Assembly (NCBI GenBank): GCA_001244265.2
Contig: CDLV01000013.1
Location: 186,001 to 250,000, forward strand
From: Microbotryum violaceum
Lineage: Eukaryota
Direction of reading: 5' to 3'
DNA length: 64,000 nt
Shown here piece by piece: positions 35,856 through 48,500 of this stretch; positions within the stretch are counted from its first letter, which is position 1, and every line of letters starts with the position of its first letter. Below the pieces are notes generated by a model that searched no databases, was not told where the DNA came from, and saw only the letters and a list, made by a program, of their open reading frames with translations. The position numbers and the translations under genes were made by a program.

Positions 35856-38694
35856 ATGAGCGATTCTACGGCCAACACAACCGTCACCAGTACCCCTGCA
35901 AGCTCGGACTTTGGGGATGAGGCTCAGTTGGTACATCCTCCCCTGCTACTTTCACGAGTGTGAAGGCCGCGTGAGCCTTTCGCCGCGCCGCTCCGCATCG
36001 GCCTTCGACCTGCCGCGCGTGCACCAGTGATACGCACCGCTCGATCAAGCATAATATAGATGGAACAAGAAATCAAGGGTAATGTAGAGCTTCTTTCGTC
36101 TGTTCTTTCTGCGTCGCATACATCCACAGTCGCGGTCCTCGTTCAGAACGGCGCAGGGGGGTGTTTTTGGAGCGGCCGCTAGCGCCTGATTGGCCCAGCT
36201 GGCGGAAAGCCGTCGCGCGACCGGCGGCTCCACCTCTACGAACTCCTCCTCACACCGCATCCCAGTCCCTTTCCTCTTCATACACATCCGATTCTTCTCG
36301 TCTCTCCAGGGTGAACCCTCCTTTCGGCGGTCCGTCGAAGGTTCTCTGGGCGGTCGGCCACAAGACTCGCCGCTTTCCTGTGGTCGAACCCCTTGCCACG
36401 ACCCCCACATCGCTTTCCCCGTCGCCGAGATCAGGGGAGCTCTTTGGGAGATTCCGAGCAAGCTTGGGATGCAACTTGTCGCTACGGGTGCCTGCTGCAA
36501 CTTCTTCAGTTGGCATATCTTCCCTGGCCTCTTCACGAGGTTAGGGAAATAGTCGATCAGAGAATGGTGAACAGTGCTGAGATCATACCGTCTGAACTTG
36601 AACCGCGTTCGTACGCGCGTAAGAACAGCGATTGCAAGTTTTCTTCATTTCCCCTTTCGGTTTCTCGTTTCTTCGTGTCTCTGGTGTCGAATCCTTGAGG
36701 AGCTCCGGAGCCTTCGTTTTCGTGGGCTCTCTCTTCGGCTGCTCAATGGCGTGCATTTACTTTCCACAACCTGGCGTCGGGGTCTGACCGGCACGACTGA
36801 CGGAATATCATTGGGGCTTGTCTGCGGTTGCTTCGTACGTACGAACCCAGGCTTCGCTCGGGTACAAACAGGTGCTGCATCGAACTTGGCACACTTTTGA
36901 AGCCTTCATGGCTGGGTAGGTCGGCTTCTCCGTTCCTGTTCACTTGGACTTGGACCTTATCCGCAGCGCGCATATTCTTAACAGTTTTGGATCGCTCTAT
37001 GTCGTTGGCGGTGTTCGCTACCTCTTCTCGATCGGTATCTACTCGTTAGTTCCTCTCGTGTCGAGTGAGGTCTCCCTGCCTTTTCACTTCCTGACATACC
37101 TCGCCTTCCACAGTGGTGGACCATTGGCGCTCTGGACGACAATGTTGGCGACCATCGTCTTCATGACGATCACGGCCGCCTCCCTTGCCGAGGTAAGTCT
37201 CGTGTTTGCGCCTTCACGTCCTAAACCAGCTTGACACGATAACCGACTCCGATGTTGACCCTACAGATTTGCTCGTCGCTGCCTCTCAGTGGTAGCATCT
37301 ACGCTTGGGCCGGTGCAGCCGCAGGTCCCAAATACGGCCGGTTCTTCGCCTTCATCGTCGCCTACTGGTCGACGACGGCATGGACGTCCTTCGTCGCGTC
37401 CAACACACAAGGCACGATCAACTACATCCTTACCGAGCTGACCGTTTTCAACCACGCCTTCCCCGGCGGCCTCGACTCGACCAACATCAAGTTCCGGGCC
37501 GTGCAATGGATCTGTGCCGAGATCTTCCTGCTCCTCGCCGTGCTCAGCAACGTGCTGTCGCCAAGGAAGTTCACTTGGGTCTTCAAGGCTTCGGCGGCTA
37601 TCATCGCAATCGATTTCTTCTTGACGGTCATTTGGCTGCCTATCGGCGTGTCCAAAACTTACGGGTTCCAGCCTGCATCCTTCTTGATGACGACATATAA
37701 CGTGAATTGCGCCTGCGCATCCATGCTATTCCTGACCTCAGTAACTGACTCCTAGACGCGCTCGTGTCCTTCTCTATCACAGGGAACGGGCGCCTCGTCT
37801 GCGTGGAACTACATCCTGGCTTTCCTGTCATCCTCGGGCGTGCTGACCGGATTCGACGCTTCTGGACACATCGGGGAAGAGACCAAGAACGCATCGCTCG
37901 CCAATGCTCGCGGCATCTTCTGGTCGGCCACGTTCTCAGGTTTGCTCGCATTCCCTCTCCTCATCTTGTTTCTCTTCTGTTCTCCTCCTCTCGACACCTT
38001 GTTCGCGATCGAAGCTCCCCAGCCTTTCGTCCTCATCTACACGCTCGCGCTTGGTAAGGGAGGCCAAATGATCATGACGCTCGTAGCTACGGTCGGCCTC
38101 TTTGTCAACACCAGCTTGGCTATTCTCGCCGCCAGTCGTCTCGTCTTTGGTATCGCTCGAGACGGCGTGTTGCCCGGCTCGAGTTGGATCGGCAAAGTCG
38201 ATCGCAGTGGACAACCCCAGAATGCGATCATATTTGTCGGTAGCATCGCCGCGGTCCTGCTCTGCACGATCTTGCCCTCCCAGGTCGCATTCACGAGTCT
38301 GATCAGTGCATCCGGTCTACCCACGATCGCTGCTTATGCTTTGATCCCGATTTTGCGCCTGCTCTTCACCCGACACGAGTTCAGAACGGCCAAGTGGTCG
38401 AACGGGCGTTTCTCGGAGCTCTTCTGCCTCATCACGGGCATCTGGAACCTGTTCCTGATCACCGTCCTGGTTTCGCCTTACGAGTGGCCCGTCACGGCGC
38501 AAAACTTCAACTTTTCGAGCGTGATCTTTGGAGCCGTCACCTTGCTCGCGATCTTGACCTGGTGGTTCGCCCCGGAGGAACGATGGCTCAGTCACCGCGA
38601 CCTCCTCAAGATCATCGACGGCACACATCAGCAGCAGCAGACGGCGACGGTCGACGATCATGCTTCAATCCCCAAGAAAGGACTGTCGGAGTGA
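35856..38694 (+). CDS. APC-superfamily (GABA/polyamine/choline-type) permease; inferred Thi9-like thiamine or precursor transporter
   Basis: Exon 1 (35856-35930) joined to 36851 gives DEAQL|ASLGYKQVLHR. Also SLAE|ICSSLPLSGSIYAWA, GFDASGHIGEETKNAS, LAASRLVFGIARDGVLP and YEWPVTAQNFNF. Substrate inferred only from the intronic TPP aptamer. Confidence 0.9.
36473..36640 (+). ncRNA. TPP (thi-box) riboswitch aptamer in intron 1 of the APC permease
   Basis: P1 AACTTG-TCGCT (36473-83)/AGCGA-ttg-CAAGTT (36627-40). P2 ACGG (36484-87)/CCGT (36588-91). GGTGC...GCTGAGA.CATAC motif (TGAGA 36578-82). J2/4 TGAA. P4 CTTG/TAAG. P5 CGCG-TTCGTA-CGCG followed by the CG bulge. Confidence 0.93.
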
Positions 38695-41165
38695 TTATGT
38701 GCCTACCTAGCTTGGTAGATACCCACAATCTTACCCCACTTCTTGGATTCCTGCTCAATTTTTTCCGCGAGGCGTTGTTGAATAAACCCCCCCCCCCCAC
38801 CTTTTCCCCTGTTCAACACGGGCGTTCTAGAAGGCTTTCCGTTTTCGCCTTGCTTCATATTTTTATATTCAGGTGGATCGGTGACTTTTGTGTAGTGCTT
38901 TTGAATACAGAATCACGACGTACCCTATATATAGCCGACGAGTTTTCCTGGTACCGTCGGCGAGTTTTGTTTGGTCGGTTGCGCTATACGCGCGTTCTCG
39001 CATCCCGAGACGCAACGACCAGCTTTCTGATGAGCTTGGCCTCCAATACTCCAGTGCTGCGGCGGGAAGCGCTAGTCACTTGAAGGGACACAGATTCTTA
39101 TTCTCGGGTGCCGACTCGGAGCTCACGGCATCCGCCATTGATTCCGAAGCTAAATGAAAGCGGAACGTCACAGTGAAGCATTTCCTGCAGAGGTGGAGCT
39201 CAGTTGGGAACTTGATAATAACCGCAACGCCCACAAGTCTGGCCTCGGATCCTCGTCCTCCCCTCTTTCCCAACAACTTCAGTTCGAAGGCGCGGGCAGG
39301 AATGCTCGCTTTCGGACGGTCCGCTTTTGGGATCGATCGACGGGTCCGTGCATGCCGAATGCGGTAATAAATTTTGAGCTTCGAACTTCGTCGTAATCGT
39401 CACTTTGCTTGCCTACCCCGGTAGCTCCTTTCTATCACTTCTGAAGCTTGTATATGTGCCCACCACCTGTTTAGGTGCTTCTTTAGGTAGCTCTCGACCA
39501 ATGTTTGCTCAAATTGGCTAGGGCTGCCTTCGTTCAGGAGGGACGTGTACTGTTTCCATAGTGCAACTTCCTAGAGGCTACGATCAGTTTTTCACCAATT
39601 ACCATGTTTTCTGGTTTTTCTTTCTGAGGAGTGGCATCTGCAGCAGGCACGGACACGGTCTTTCTGGCATCATGGTCGGCATGTGCTCGCCTCGCGAAGC
39701 CTTATTAAGCTTGTGCTTAAAACCCGCATGGCCCCGCGGTCGCCGCCGACGGTTCCACCGTCGAAATTGAAGAGGCTCTCCCTGTCGGCTCGGTGCTTTT
39801 TACTACTCAGATCAGTAGTCGTTGGAATGCTCCCAGATTTTTTGTCCAGCCCGGCACTCCCGCCTGCTTGCGGCGGTCGCATCCGAAAAAAAATTGTAAT
39901 CAGGCCCCTAGGCTACGATCGGTGCCGGTGGCCTGGATAAAGTTGTATTGCGGAGCAAGGGCGGCGTCGGACGGCCGCCGATGACGTATATCGAGCGATT
40001 GCACAAAGCTAGTCATAAATATCGTGGCTCCCAACACACCCGACCAAGTTCTCGGGTGTTGGTTGCATTGTTGATACATCGACCCGCTGCAAGAGGGTAG
40101 GGAGGAGGAAAGCGAGCAGGGTAGCACAAATTTAGAGGCACCTTATTCTTGGGTGTTGGGATCTGTGATTGTGCGATGGCATCGCATAGTCGGGTGCAAC
40201 CTTTTGGCGCCGTGGGAATAGGCTTTGATCGTGGCCGACTAGTCTCTTCGAGGCGAAAATGTGAGCATCGCATTGCCGCGCGGCCGCCGGCCGCGCCAAT
40301 ATTGTTTCGATCGACTCGAAGGTCTGTCCCGAAGGCTCGCTACCGCGCTTGTGAGGTGAACACAGCACCGACGCCCTACGACTTGCAAAGGTGAAGCCGC
40401 CTGAAAGGCGTAAAGACGTCGCTCTCACTCTTAGTAGCTCTCAGTCGCCCTCGCTTGAAACGCACGAGCGCCGCCGAGCTCGAGCTCGAGCTCGTCCTTG
40501 TACTTGCCCCTCTTTCATCCTGGGCGTCCCGTTCGCTTCCGCTTCCGCACACGTCTGTTGACTGTTGTGGACCTTTTTGCTGCACCTCTTGGAGAACGCG
40601 ACCACTAGCTCCCGCTTGCATCGGTTGTACTTGGCTCCAGCACGACCTCTCGCCTTCTTTCAGCAGAATTGGTTTGTGTCAGTCTGTAAGGCATATTGCA
40701 CCGACGGACGAGTCGACGCCTTGCGCTAGTGCCTTCGGCTTCGCCTCCGACTCAATTCCCAGCCCCCCCTGGCGCTGGCCCGGGTTGGACCTGATTAACC
40801 CCTGTTCACTAGCACCGCCTCGTCACGCACGGGTCTTCGGCAGAACGGCTACTCCAGCTGATCGACCTCACCTTCCTCCACGTACCTTGGTTCGGCGCTC
40901 GACGCGCAAGGAGTGATCAGTCGGGTATTGGGGAAACCCCTCCCACCCCGTTCCCCTCACCTCCACCCCGCCGAATCTCGTCCCGAGCCACGTCGCGTTC
41001 TCGTCGTCGTCAGGCTCTCGATACCCAGAAGTCATATCCAAGGTCTTGCTTTGCCTCGTGGCATAGCCTTTGCTCAGGATATCCTGGAACGCCGACGACT
41101 CGCCTGGAGTGCCACGCCTGCGATCTCACCCCATAGCTACCGACTTTCCCTCCGACCCTTACAAT

Positions 41166-43860
41166 ATGCACGCGTCCTCGTCAACTTCGTCTGCATCCGC
41201 GATCGCGCCGGTTCGATTACCCCCGGTCTCGATTCCCCGCGATGACGAACTCCTGCCACCTCCTGTGAGTCCGTCGCCGTCGAGCCTCGTGGCCAGGCAG
41301 CTCGGTCCAACGAGGGGGGACCGACCCCGTGATCCGAGAGGCGAGCTGAACCGTGCCCCATGCCCATTGCCCGTTCGTCGGGTCATTGTCGGCCATATCC
41401 TTGCCTCTCGCGTTCTTCGTGCCTCCGTCCTTACTCTTTTTCAAACAGGCTACTGGTTTCAACAGTCTGAGAAGGGTGTCTCTCAGTGACCCATTCTTGC
41501 ATGCCTACCCTCAGTCGGGTCCTGGCCCGAACGGCCAGGGAGCGGCCTCGTCCGGATCGGGTATGGATCCTCCGTCGCCGACCTCGGTCAATTCGCAGCA
41601 AACGGGCTTCTCTGCAAAGCGACGCGACATGGATGACGAAGGCGAGGCCAAACCGCTCGATCCTAACGGCCGGGGCCCACCTCAGCAACCGTATGCCGAA
41701 GGCTCTCGTTCGGGCTCGCCGACGCACCCTTACCATGGCCATTCTCAGGCCAACTATGGCGGGTACGGTCCCGGGGGTCACTTTATTCAACAGCAGCAGC
41801 AACCACTTTCGCAACAACACTTGTCGCACCACCCCCACCACCCGCAGTCACAGTCTCATCTCTACGGCTCCAGCCATTCCGGACCGGCTGTACCGGTGTC
41901 CCAGCAACAGCTGGGTCCGAGTTCGAGCTATCGGTTCGGCGGTCCGACACCGATAGGGCCTTCGCAGGAATCAGGTTCCTACTTTGGTAAGTACTGTGTC
42001 CTCGATGTCGGCCTTTTCGAATGAGTTGCGACTGAATAAAGTGATTGTTGTCCATCAATAGATTACTCCATGAGGCGGCACTCGCTCTCAACGAATGGGA
42101 TTCTCGGTGCCCCCGGCTTAGCGTCGGCAACGCCTTCGTCGCCGACACGACGGATATCCGCCGAGGCCGCTTCCGGCAATCTGAAGCGGAAACAATCCGG
42201 CGAGGGTGTCATCCATGAGGAAGGAGGATACCAACACGCCGGTGCTTACGCCTATTCAGGCAATGGCAGCAACGGCATCATGCCTCCCCACCAGATCAAC
42301 ACCCAGCCGCCGCCTCCCAAGCGCCGAGGCTCGTCTTTGACTCATGACAAGATGGGCAATCTTAGCCTTGCCGAGCAGCAGGCGCGAAGGGACTCGGGTA
42401 TGAGCTCGCAGAGCAACCTGAGCTCCTGGGAGGACGACCGACGCGGAAGCGGCGGAAGCTGGACGAGCGCAGGGAGTCAGGGTTACTCCATGTCGAGCTA
42501 CCCTACGGATCCTTACGACCAGCGAGGTCCTCCCCACGGCCTTCCAAATGGCACCTACGATTCGCCGAGGGGCTCAGTCTCTGATACGACATATACTGGC
42601 GACCCTACAACATTCGGACGTAGGCCAAGCATTGGGATCAGTCAACTCGTCCAGGGTGGTTCAAGCAGCTATGGTGGACCGCCAGCGTATGCGAGGTCGC
42701 TACCTCCTGTCGCCCACTCGCCTCCTGAGGAGAACCGCGACTCGCCCCACTCGGTTCATGCGATGGCACCGGAGCGAGGGGGGCCGTACCTAACCTCGGC
42801 ACCGGCCGGTCCTCCACTTGCCCCACCGAGTGGTCCTTGGCGCCCCGCCCCTGGATCCTACAATGAACCCCATCGCGATAGTCGTCAAAGCTCGACCGGC
42901 TCTCTCGGACCGTACGGCATGGGCATGGGTGGCGATGGGGACCCGGACAATTTCAAGGATTCGCCCTACGCCCGCAGCCCCGAGCTTCGCATAACGCACA
43001 AGTTGGCCGAGCGCAAACGCCGCAAGGAGATGGCGCACCTGTTTGATGACCTGCGCGACGCATTGCCTGTCGACCGGGGTCTCAAGAGCAGCAAATGGGA
43101 GATTCTGAGCAAAGCCGTCGATTTCATCCAGCAGCTCAAGGCGACGAACGTCGAGCTCGGCAAGGACAACGCCAGGTTGAGGGCTCATGTCGGTTATGGT
43201 CCTGGTTCTATCGTCGGTACATGGATGCCGGGAGGTGTTGTCAATTCGCCACCACCGCACCCACCGCATATGCAGAGCCCTAGGATGTCGATTTCGGCGC
43301 CTTCCCACCCGCCGCCGCCGATGTACCAGAACCACACGAGGCAGCCAAGCGATTATTCCTCACACCCCGTGTCGGCTCAGTCGGGGTCGTCTTCGGCTGC
43401 GGCCTCAGATTTCTCAGGCGAACACGCTCATCAACAGCAGCAGCAGCAGCACTCAAAACAACAGGGGCAGCAGCACCAACACCAACGGCAGCAGCAGCAG
43501 CAGCAGCCGTCGCATCAACAGATGCAGCAGCAGCAGCAGCAGATGCAGCAGCAACAGCAACAGCAGCAACATCACCATCACCCAGGACAATCTCGACATG
43601 GGTCCTACGAACACTCTGCCCCACCCCAACACCAGCGCACAACCTCGACGATGAGCCTCGCCTCAGATCGAGGATCGAGTTCGCCGAGCGGGGTGAGGGG
43701 CGGCAACGTCGGCGATTCGGGCTTGATGATGGCTTCAGACCAGTCCGACTTCAACGGTAGCGGTGTTGGCGCTAATTCTGGCGTCAAGAACGCTTCGCCT
43801 CTTTCCAACTCTTCGGTTACGTTTGCGCCGACGGTAGACGCCACAACCGTCGCCGCCTGA
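41166..43860 (+). CDS. bHLH transcription factor (Esc1/DevR-like) with polyQ C-terminal region
   Basis: PYARSPELRITHKLAERKRRKEMAHLFDDLRDALPVDRGLKSSKWEILSKAVDFIQQLK. Upstream exons from ATG 41166. Confidence 0.88.
43432..43571 (+). repeat. Coding CAG/CAA microsatellite array (polyQ/His)
   Basis: Several runs of 5-7 CAG/CAA codons encoding HQQQQQQH...QQQQQQ...MQQQQQQMQQQQQQQQHHHH. Confidence 0.9.
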
Positions 43861-45539
43861 GCTCGTCGCCTCCTTTTGGAACACCCCTTTCACCTTCCTT
43901 CGGGGATAGGACATTATTAACTGCGCTTCCTCCTTCGCTTCATCTTGTCCTCTCATTTCTTTGCCTTGGAATTTGGTACCGTATCTGCTTTCTTGCGCGG
44001 TACCTTCTCGCCGCTTTCTCTTATCAGTAGTAGCAAAACAGCGCGGTTGTTTTTTTGATCCTAATATATTTGATGCAGTTTTTCTCCTTTCAAGGACGAT
44101 CCGAAGGATAGTGAGATGTGAGAACAACTGAAATGAGTTGATAACGGTTGAGCTGTATAACTGGTAACGAGGTAAAGGTGGCGTAGGATCGATTTTTGGC
44201 AGCTGTGGACGCATGTTACGACATGTAAAAGATGCTTCGAGTGTAACGGCATGTTTCAAGACATCTCGAAGACGTTACATCAGTGTCCCACGGTAAGTTG
44301 AATGGCGAGTCGTAACGCCGGCCGGGCTCGTCGAGTCGGCGCTACTACGTAGCGATACCCTCAGACGAACGAAAGGCGCGTTCCTCCCGCGCGAGGGATC
44401 GATTCATTGCATAAACTTTCATAAATCGAAAACTAGCCTAATTCGCGGTCCATGCTTTGGTTAGTTTCGTCTCCTCAAGCTCATACCGCCGGAGGTTGGC
44501 CCTACTACTAGATGTTACCCGAGTCATCAACCCGGTCTTTCTCATGTTTCAGATTGGTTCGAGGAGCTCTGAAGCGGTGCTTACGTGTCCGGCGACTCGT
44601 CTTTATTCAGCCTGGCCAGATTCGACATACATTCAGCCTCCCTTGTGATTCCCTTTGTGTCTTGTAGTCTCGAGTGCAGTAGCAAGATGCGTATACACTA
44701 CGCGTGCAAAATCGCCTTGGCCAGTGGCAGTCGCAGTCTAACCCGTCGCCGGTTGTCGCCGGCTGTCGCTGGCTGTTGCTGCTCGGGCCCGGCCGAATCC
44801 AAGCAGATCCAAGCGACGACGCTCAGGCCGTGTTGTCACCATCTTTCGCAACGTCCGCCACCTTCCTTCCCCCAGCTCGTTCCCGGAAGAGTTGCTGTAC
44901 ACCCATCAGCCCAACCGAGAGTCCCTTGACCTCGGGTGCAACTTTGGGCGCGTTCGATTATCGAGTGCGATCCCGAGTCAGGACCACCGAATCGGTCAAC
45001 CTGCCGACCAGCGTGACCGCGTCGACTCGCCGTCACTGCCCGTACGACGTGAACGACGATCGCCCGCGCCCGCCAGCCTGCCCGCTGCCCATTGCCGAAC
45101 GAGGCTTCCTCGTCGCTCTTTGTATTGGCGACCCGCGATTTTTTTACGGTCTCATTGGGAAATAGAGCCCAGTGAGGCCAGCATCCGCAGCATCCGAATC
45201 GACTCTGTGGACACAGCCCTCCGCGGCCTTACCGACCGTGGACTATAACGTAGACTGGCTGACTCCCACACTCTGTGGGGGCGGACCCTGTTGGCGCTCA
45301 GCGCTCAGCTCTCTCGCGATAGTCTACTGCTGGTGTCCGGGTCCTCCTCGGACAACACAGCCGAGTCTCATTCATCTCCAAGTCGCCTTTACCTTCCGTT
45401 GTAATCGACATCTTGGCCAACCCATCCCACCACCTCCACGCTTGCATCGGCGGCGAACCGCGAATCGCCTCAGGCGGCTCTCGTTCCCCTTCTCGACTCG
45501 GAGCCAGCGGCGACAGAGGCCCAAGCGATCGTCGATCCT

Positions 45540-48500
45540 ATGCCGCGTCGCATGGGCATCCCGGTTGCGTCGGCGCAGAGGCCTACCACCCTACAATCCG
45601 GAACTACCAATGCGGCCATCTTTTTGGCGTCAACGAGCGCGGTCTTCAACTCGGAAGCGGCGCAAGATCTCGACATCCCTCAATCGGCTTCGTCGTTAAG
45701 CACCGACTTTTCGCCGCGCTCAGATCGGCGAACGTTACATGGGTATGACCGACTTCCAACCTCGGGTTCGATGGACGCCGTAGCTACTCCAAACCAAGGC
45801 AATCAGGATAGCGACGATTCGGACGCGCTTGAGGAGCCGAGCATGGTGCGCGACAGTGATGATGATGACGACGGATCGGACGATGGCCGAGCTTCGGACA
45901 TCCCCGCCACCCGCATGGGTCTCAGGGACTCGATGATGGGATCTACTCCTCCGGAAGGTCTTGGAATCGGGATGGACGATGCGCAGGACTTCAGTGCCTC
46001 GAACGAGCCAATGGCCGGTCGCCTCAGACGCTGTCAGGCCATGACCGGCTCACTCCATGTTGGGCTTCAATCGTACTCGATGCAAGACCCATTCGTCGCT
46101 GCGATCGAGGGGCCAACTACCAGGCATTCCCATGTTGCTTCCGTAGAAAGTCTCGCAACGCAACAGCAAGACTCGAACTCGACCTCAGACCTGTCAACCG
46201 CCTCGTCATCAACGCGCCACCGTGGCACATACTTAAGCGTAGCCAGCGGTCCGTTGGCCAGGTATACAAGTGAGGGCCCTTCGCGGCCACAGGTATGTCT
46301 TGACGATCAATGATATTCCCTCATCCTCCGACCGTCTGATCTGATCGTGGTACTTTCCATCCAAGCAGTCATCGATCCGCAGTAGCCCAAAGTCGTTCTT
46401 CTCGAGCCTGTTGAGTCGATCGCCTCGCTCCGTCAATCGATCCCCGGGCTCCGGCCCAGATTCAATTGAGTCAGCTTCTGGTTCTGCGTCCACGTCTCGC
46501 TGTCCTCAATTATCGACTCCGCCTCGCCGATCTCGGCATTCCGTCGAGGGCTTGTCAACCAGTAGCTCACCTCAACCGAACGAATATTTGCCGAGCGCCT
46601 CGAGCCCCGAACTCGTGGCTTGCTCACACTTGACCGAATCTACGACTCCGACTGGTCCGAGGACATTGCTCACGTCCAGTGCTGCCAAGGGGAGTAATGG
46701 CTCAGATGCGACGGCACCGAGTCAGAGCCCTCCTCAACGCCGTACCCCACTTTTGGCCGCAGTTGCATCCTTTACCCGGAGCGCTTCCATGATGATAAGA
46801 GCCGATTCCAGCCCTAGCTCATCGACGATTCCGTCCTCGAGTCGATTGCCAACACATTCGAACTTGACGCCGACAGAGGTTGCCTCGATTTCAGGGAGTG
46901 GAGCCATCAGCACGGGGCGTACACCGGAGCCAACGGCCCGCGTCTTCTCGGCTCCACCACAACGATCATCCGAAAACTCATCCAAGCTCAATGGCTCAGC
47001 GACCGAGACCGAAGTGGCGCCGACACTCGAGTCGATTGGGCTAGGGCTCGCTTCGCTCACGCAATCGTTGTCGACCTCGAGGCATGCTCAACCGCTCTGC
47101 GGAGCCATTTTGGATGACAAGTACTTGCTTATTGGTGAGATTTTCTTTTTTGCTTTTGCCTAGTGAGCTCGCGGTAGGATATAAGCCTGACTTGTCTTCC
47201 CGGGTCCTAGGAACGACGGCTGGCCTTGAATTTCTTCCGCTGCCGGTCCCCGGAGGCGCTGCGCAAAATGTTGAAGGCGGTAGACTGTCCAAGAACACAC
47301 GCAAGCCGATCCAACTCATCAAAAAGACGCGCTTTAAGGAGCTCACCGTGCTGAGCGAAAGGAGCAACATCCTACTCGCCATCGCGGGCCGCAATGATCA
47401 CGTTCGAGTGTACGCTCTAGAAGGCATTCGTGCGATGATCAACCGGGCGATGGCGACGTTGGATTTGCAGGACGGTTATGCATTCTCGAACGGGAAGAGC
47501 GTAGAAAGCGCAAATTATCTGGCACAGGAGGATCCGAAAGGCAAGGGGCGAGCGACGTCGGGCTCACTGCCCCAGCCGGCACAGGCTTTCCGTTTTCCCG
47601 CACGTGCCCCTGCTCCCATCACGGTACCGCCGCCTCCCGAGTACTCGTCCCTTCACACTGCGTCAAACATACCGGTTTCCTCCCCAACATGGCCGCCCCA
47701 TCGTCGACAGGCATCGCTCACGACTCGAGCTGGCCTGCGTCACAGCAGCTCATCTAGCATCGTGCGCGCCGTTCCGATGAATCCTCGACCCGTTTCGTAC
47801 CATGGAGCTTCCACTTCGGGGCCGACGAACGCCAACGCACTCAACGCCTTTGCTTCTTCGACGACCAATGCCCATGCCTCGGCGCGCTCATTGCGGGGAT
47901 CTAAATCTCGCGAATTCGTGGCGAGTCGACGCAACTCGACTGCGACGATCGTCTCGAAGCGCCGATCAAAAGGCGATTTGCACCGGTATTCTATGTCTTC
48001 GCTGAACGGGGAGCGCTTGGACAGTTCGGATGCTGGACCCTCTTTGGATGAGTCGGTGTCAGGGCTGACGTCCACCTTGAAAAACGCTGCGAGCGCGGAC
48101 GTCAACCACGGTCAGGGTAATCAAGATCAAAGTGGTCGGTGGAAGTCGTTTACCAGCGCATCCGACTCTCCTTCTTCGCAATATACGAATGGGATTGGTT
48201 CGAGAAGTCTGTCGACCACGGCGACTGAGCCCGATGCGCTGCCGACAGATTCGGGACATTCGGCTCAAGCGTCACCAGAAGTAGAAGTGGAGCCTGGTCC
48301 CAAGCCCGCTATGCCTACGTCCGACATAGAATCGGACAACGCGCAACGAGATGGTTGGATCGACGGGACGCGCGTGACGGCGATCAAGAAGATCGTGCCG
48401 AGGGAGCCGACGATACCTCGCATCGCTTCTGGCCAAGTTTCTCCTTCGATGATGCTCGCGGAGTTCTTCCACGACTCGGAGCCACCTATGGAGACGCAAG

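Noticed and set aside
39680-39720. GTGCTCGC resembling the start of U6 snRNA
   Set aside because: No ACAGAGA box or other U6 sequence follows.
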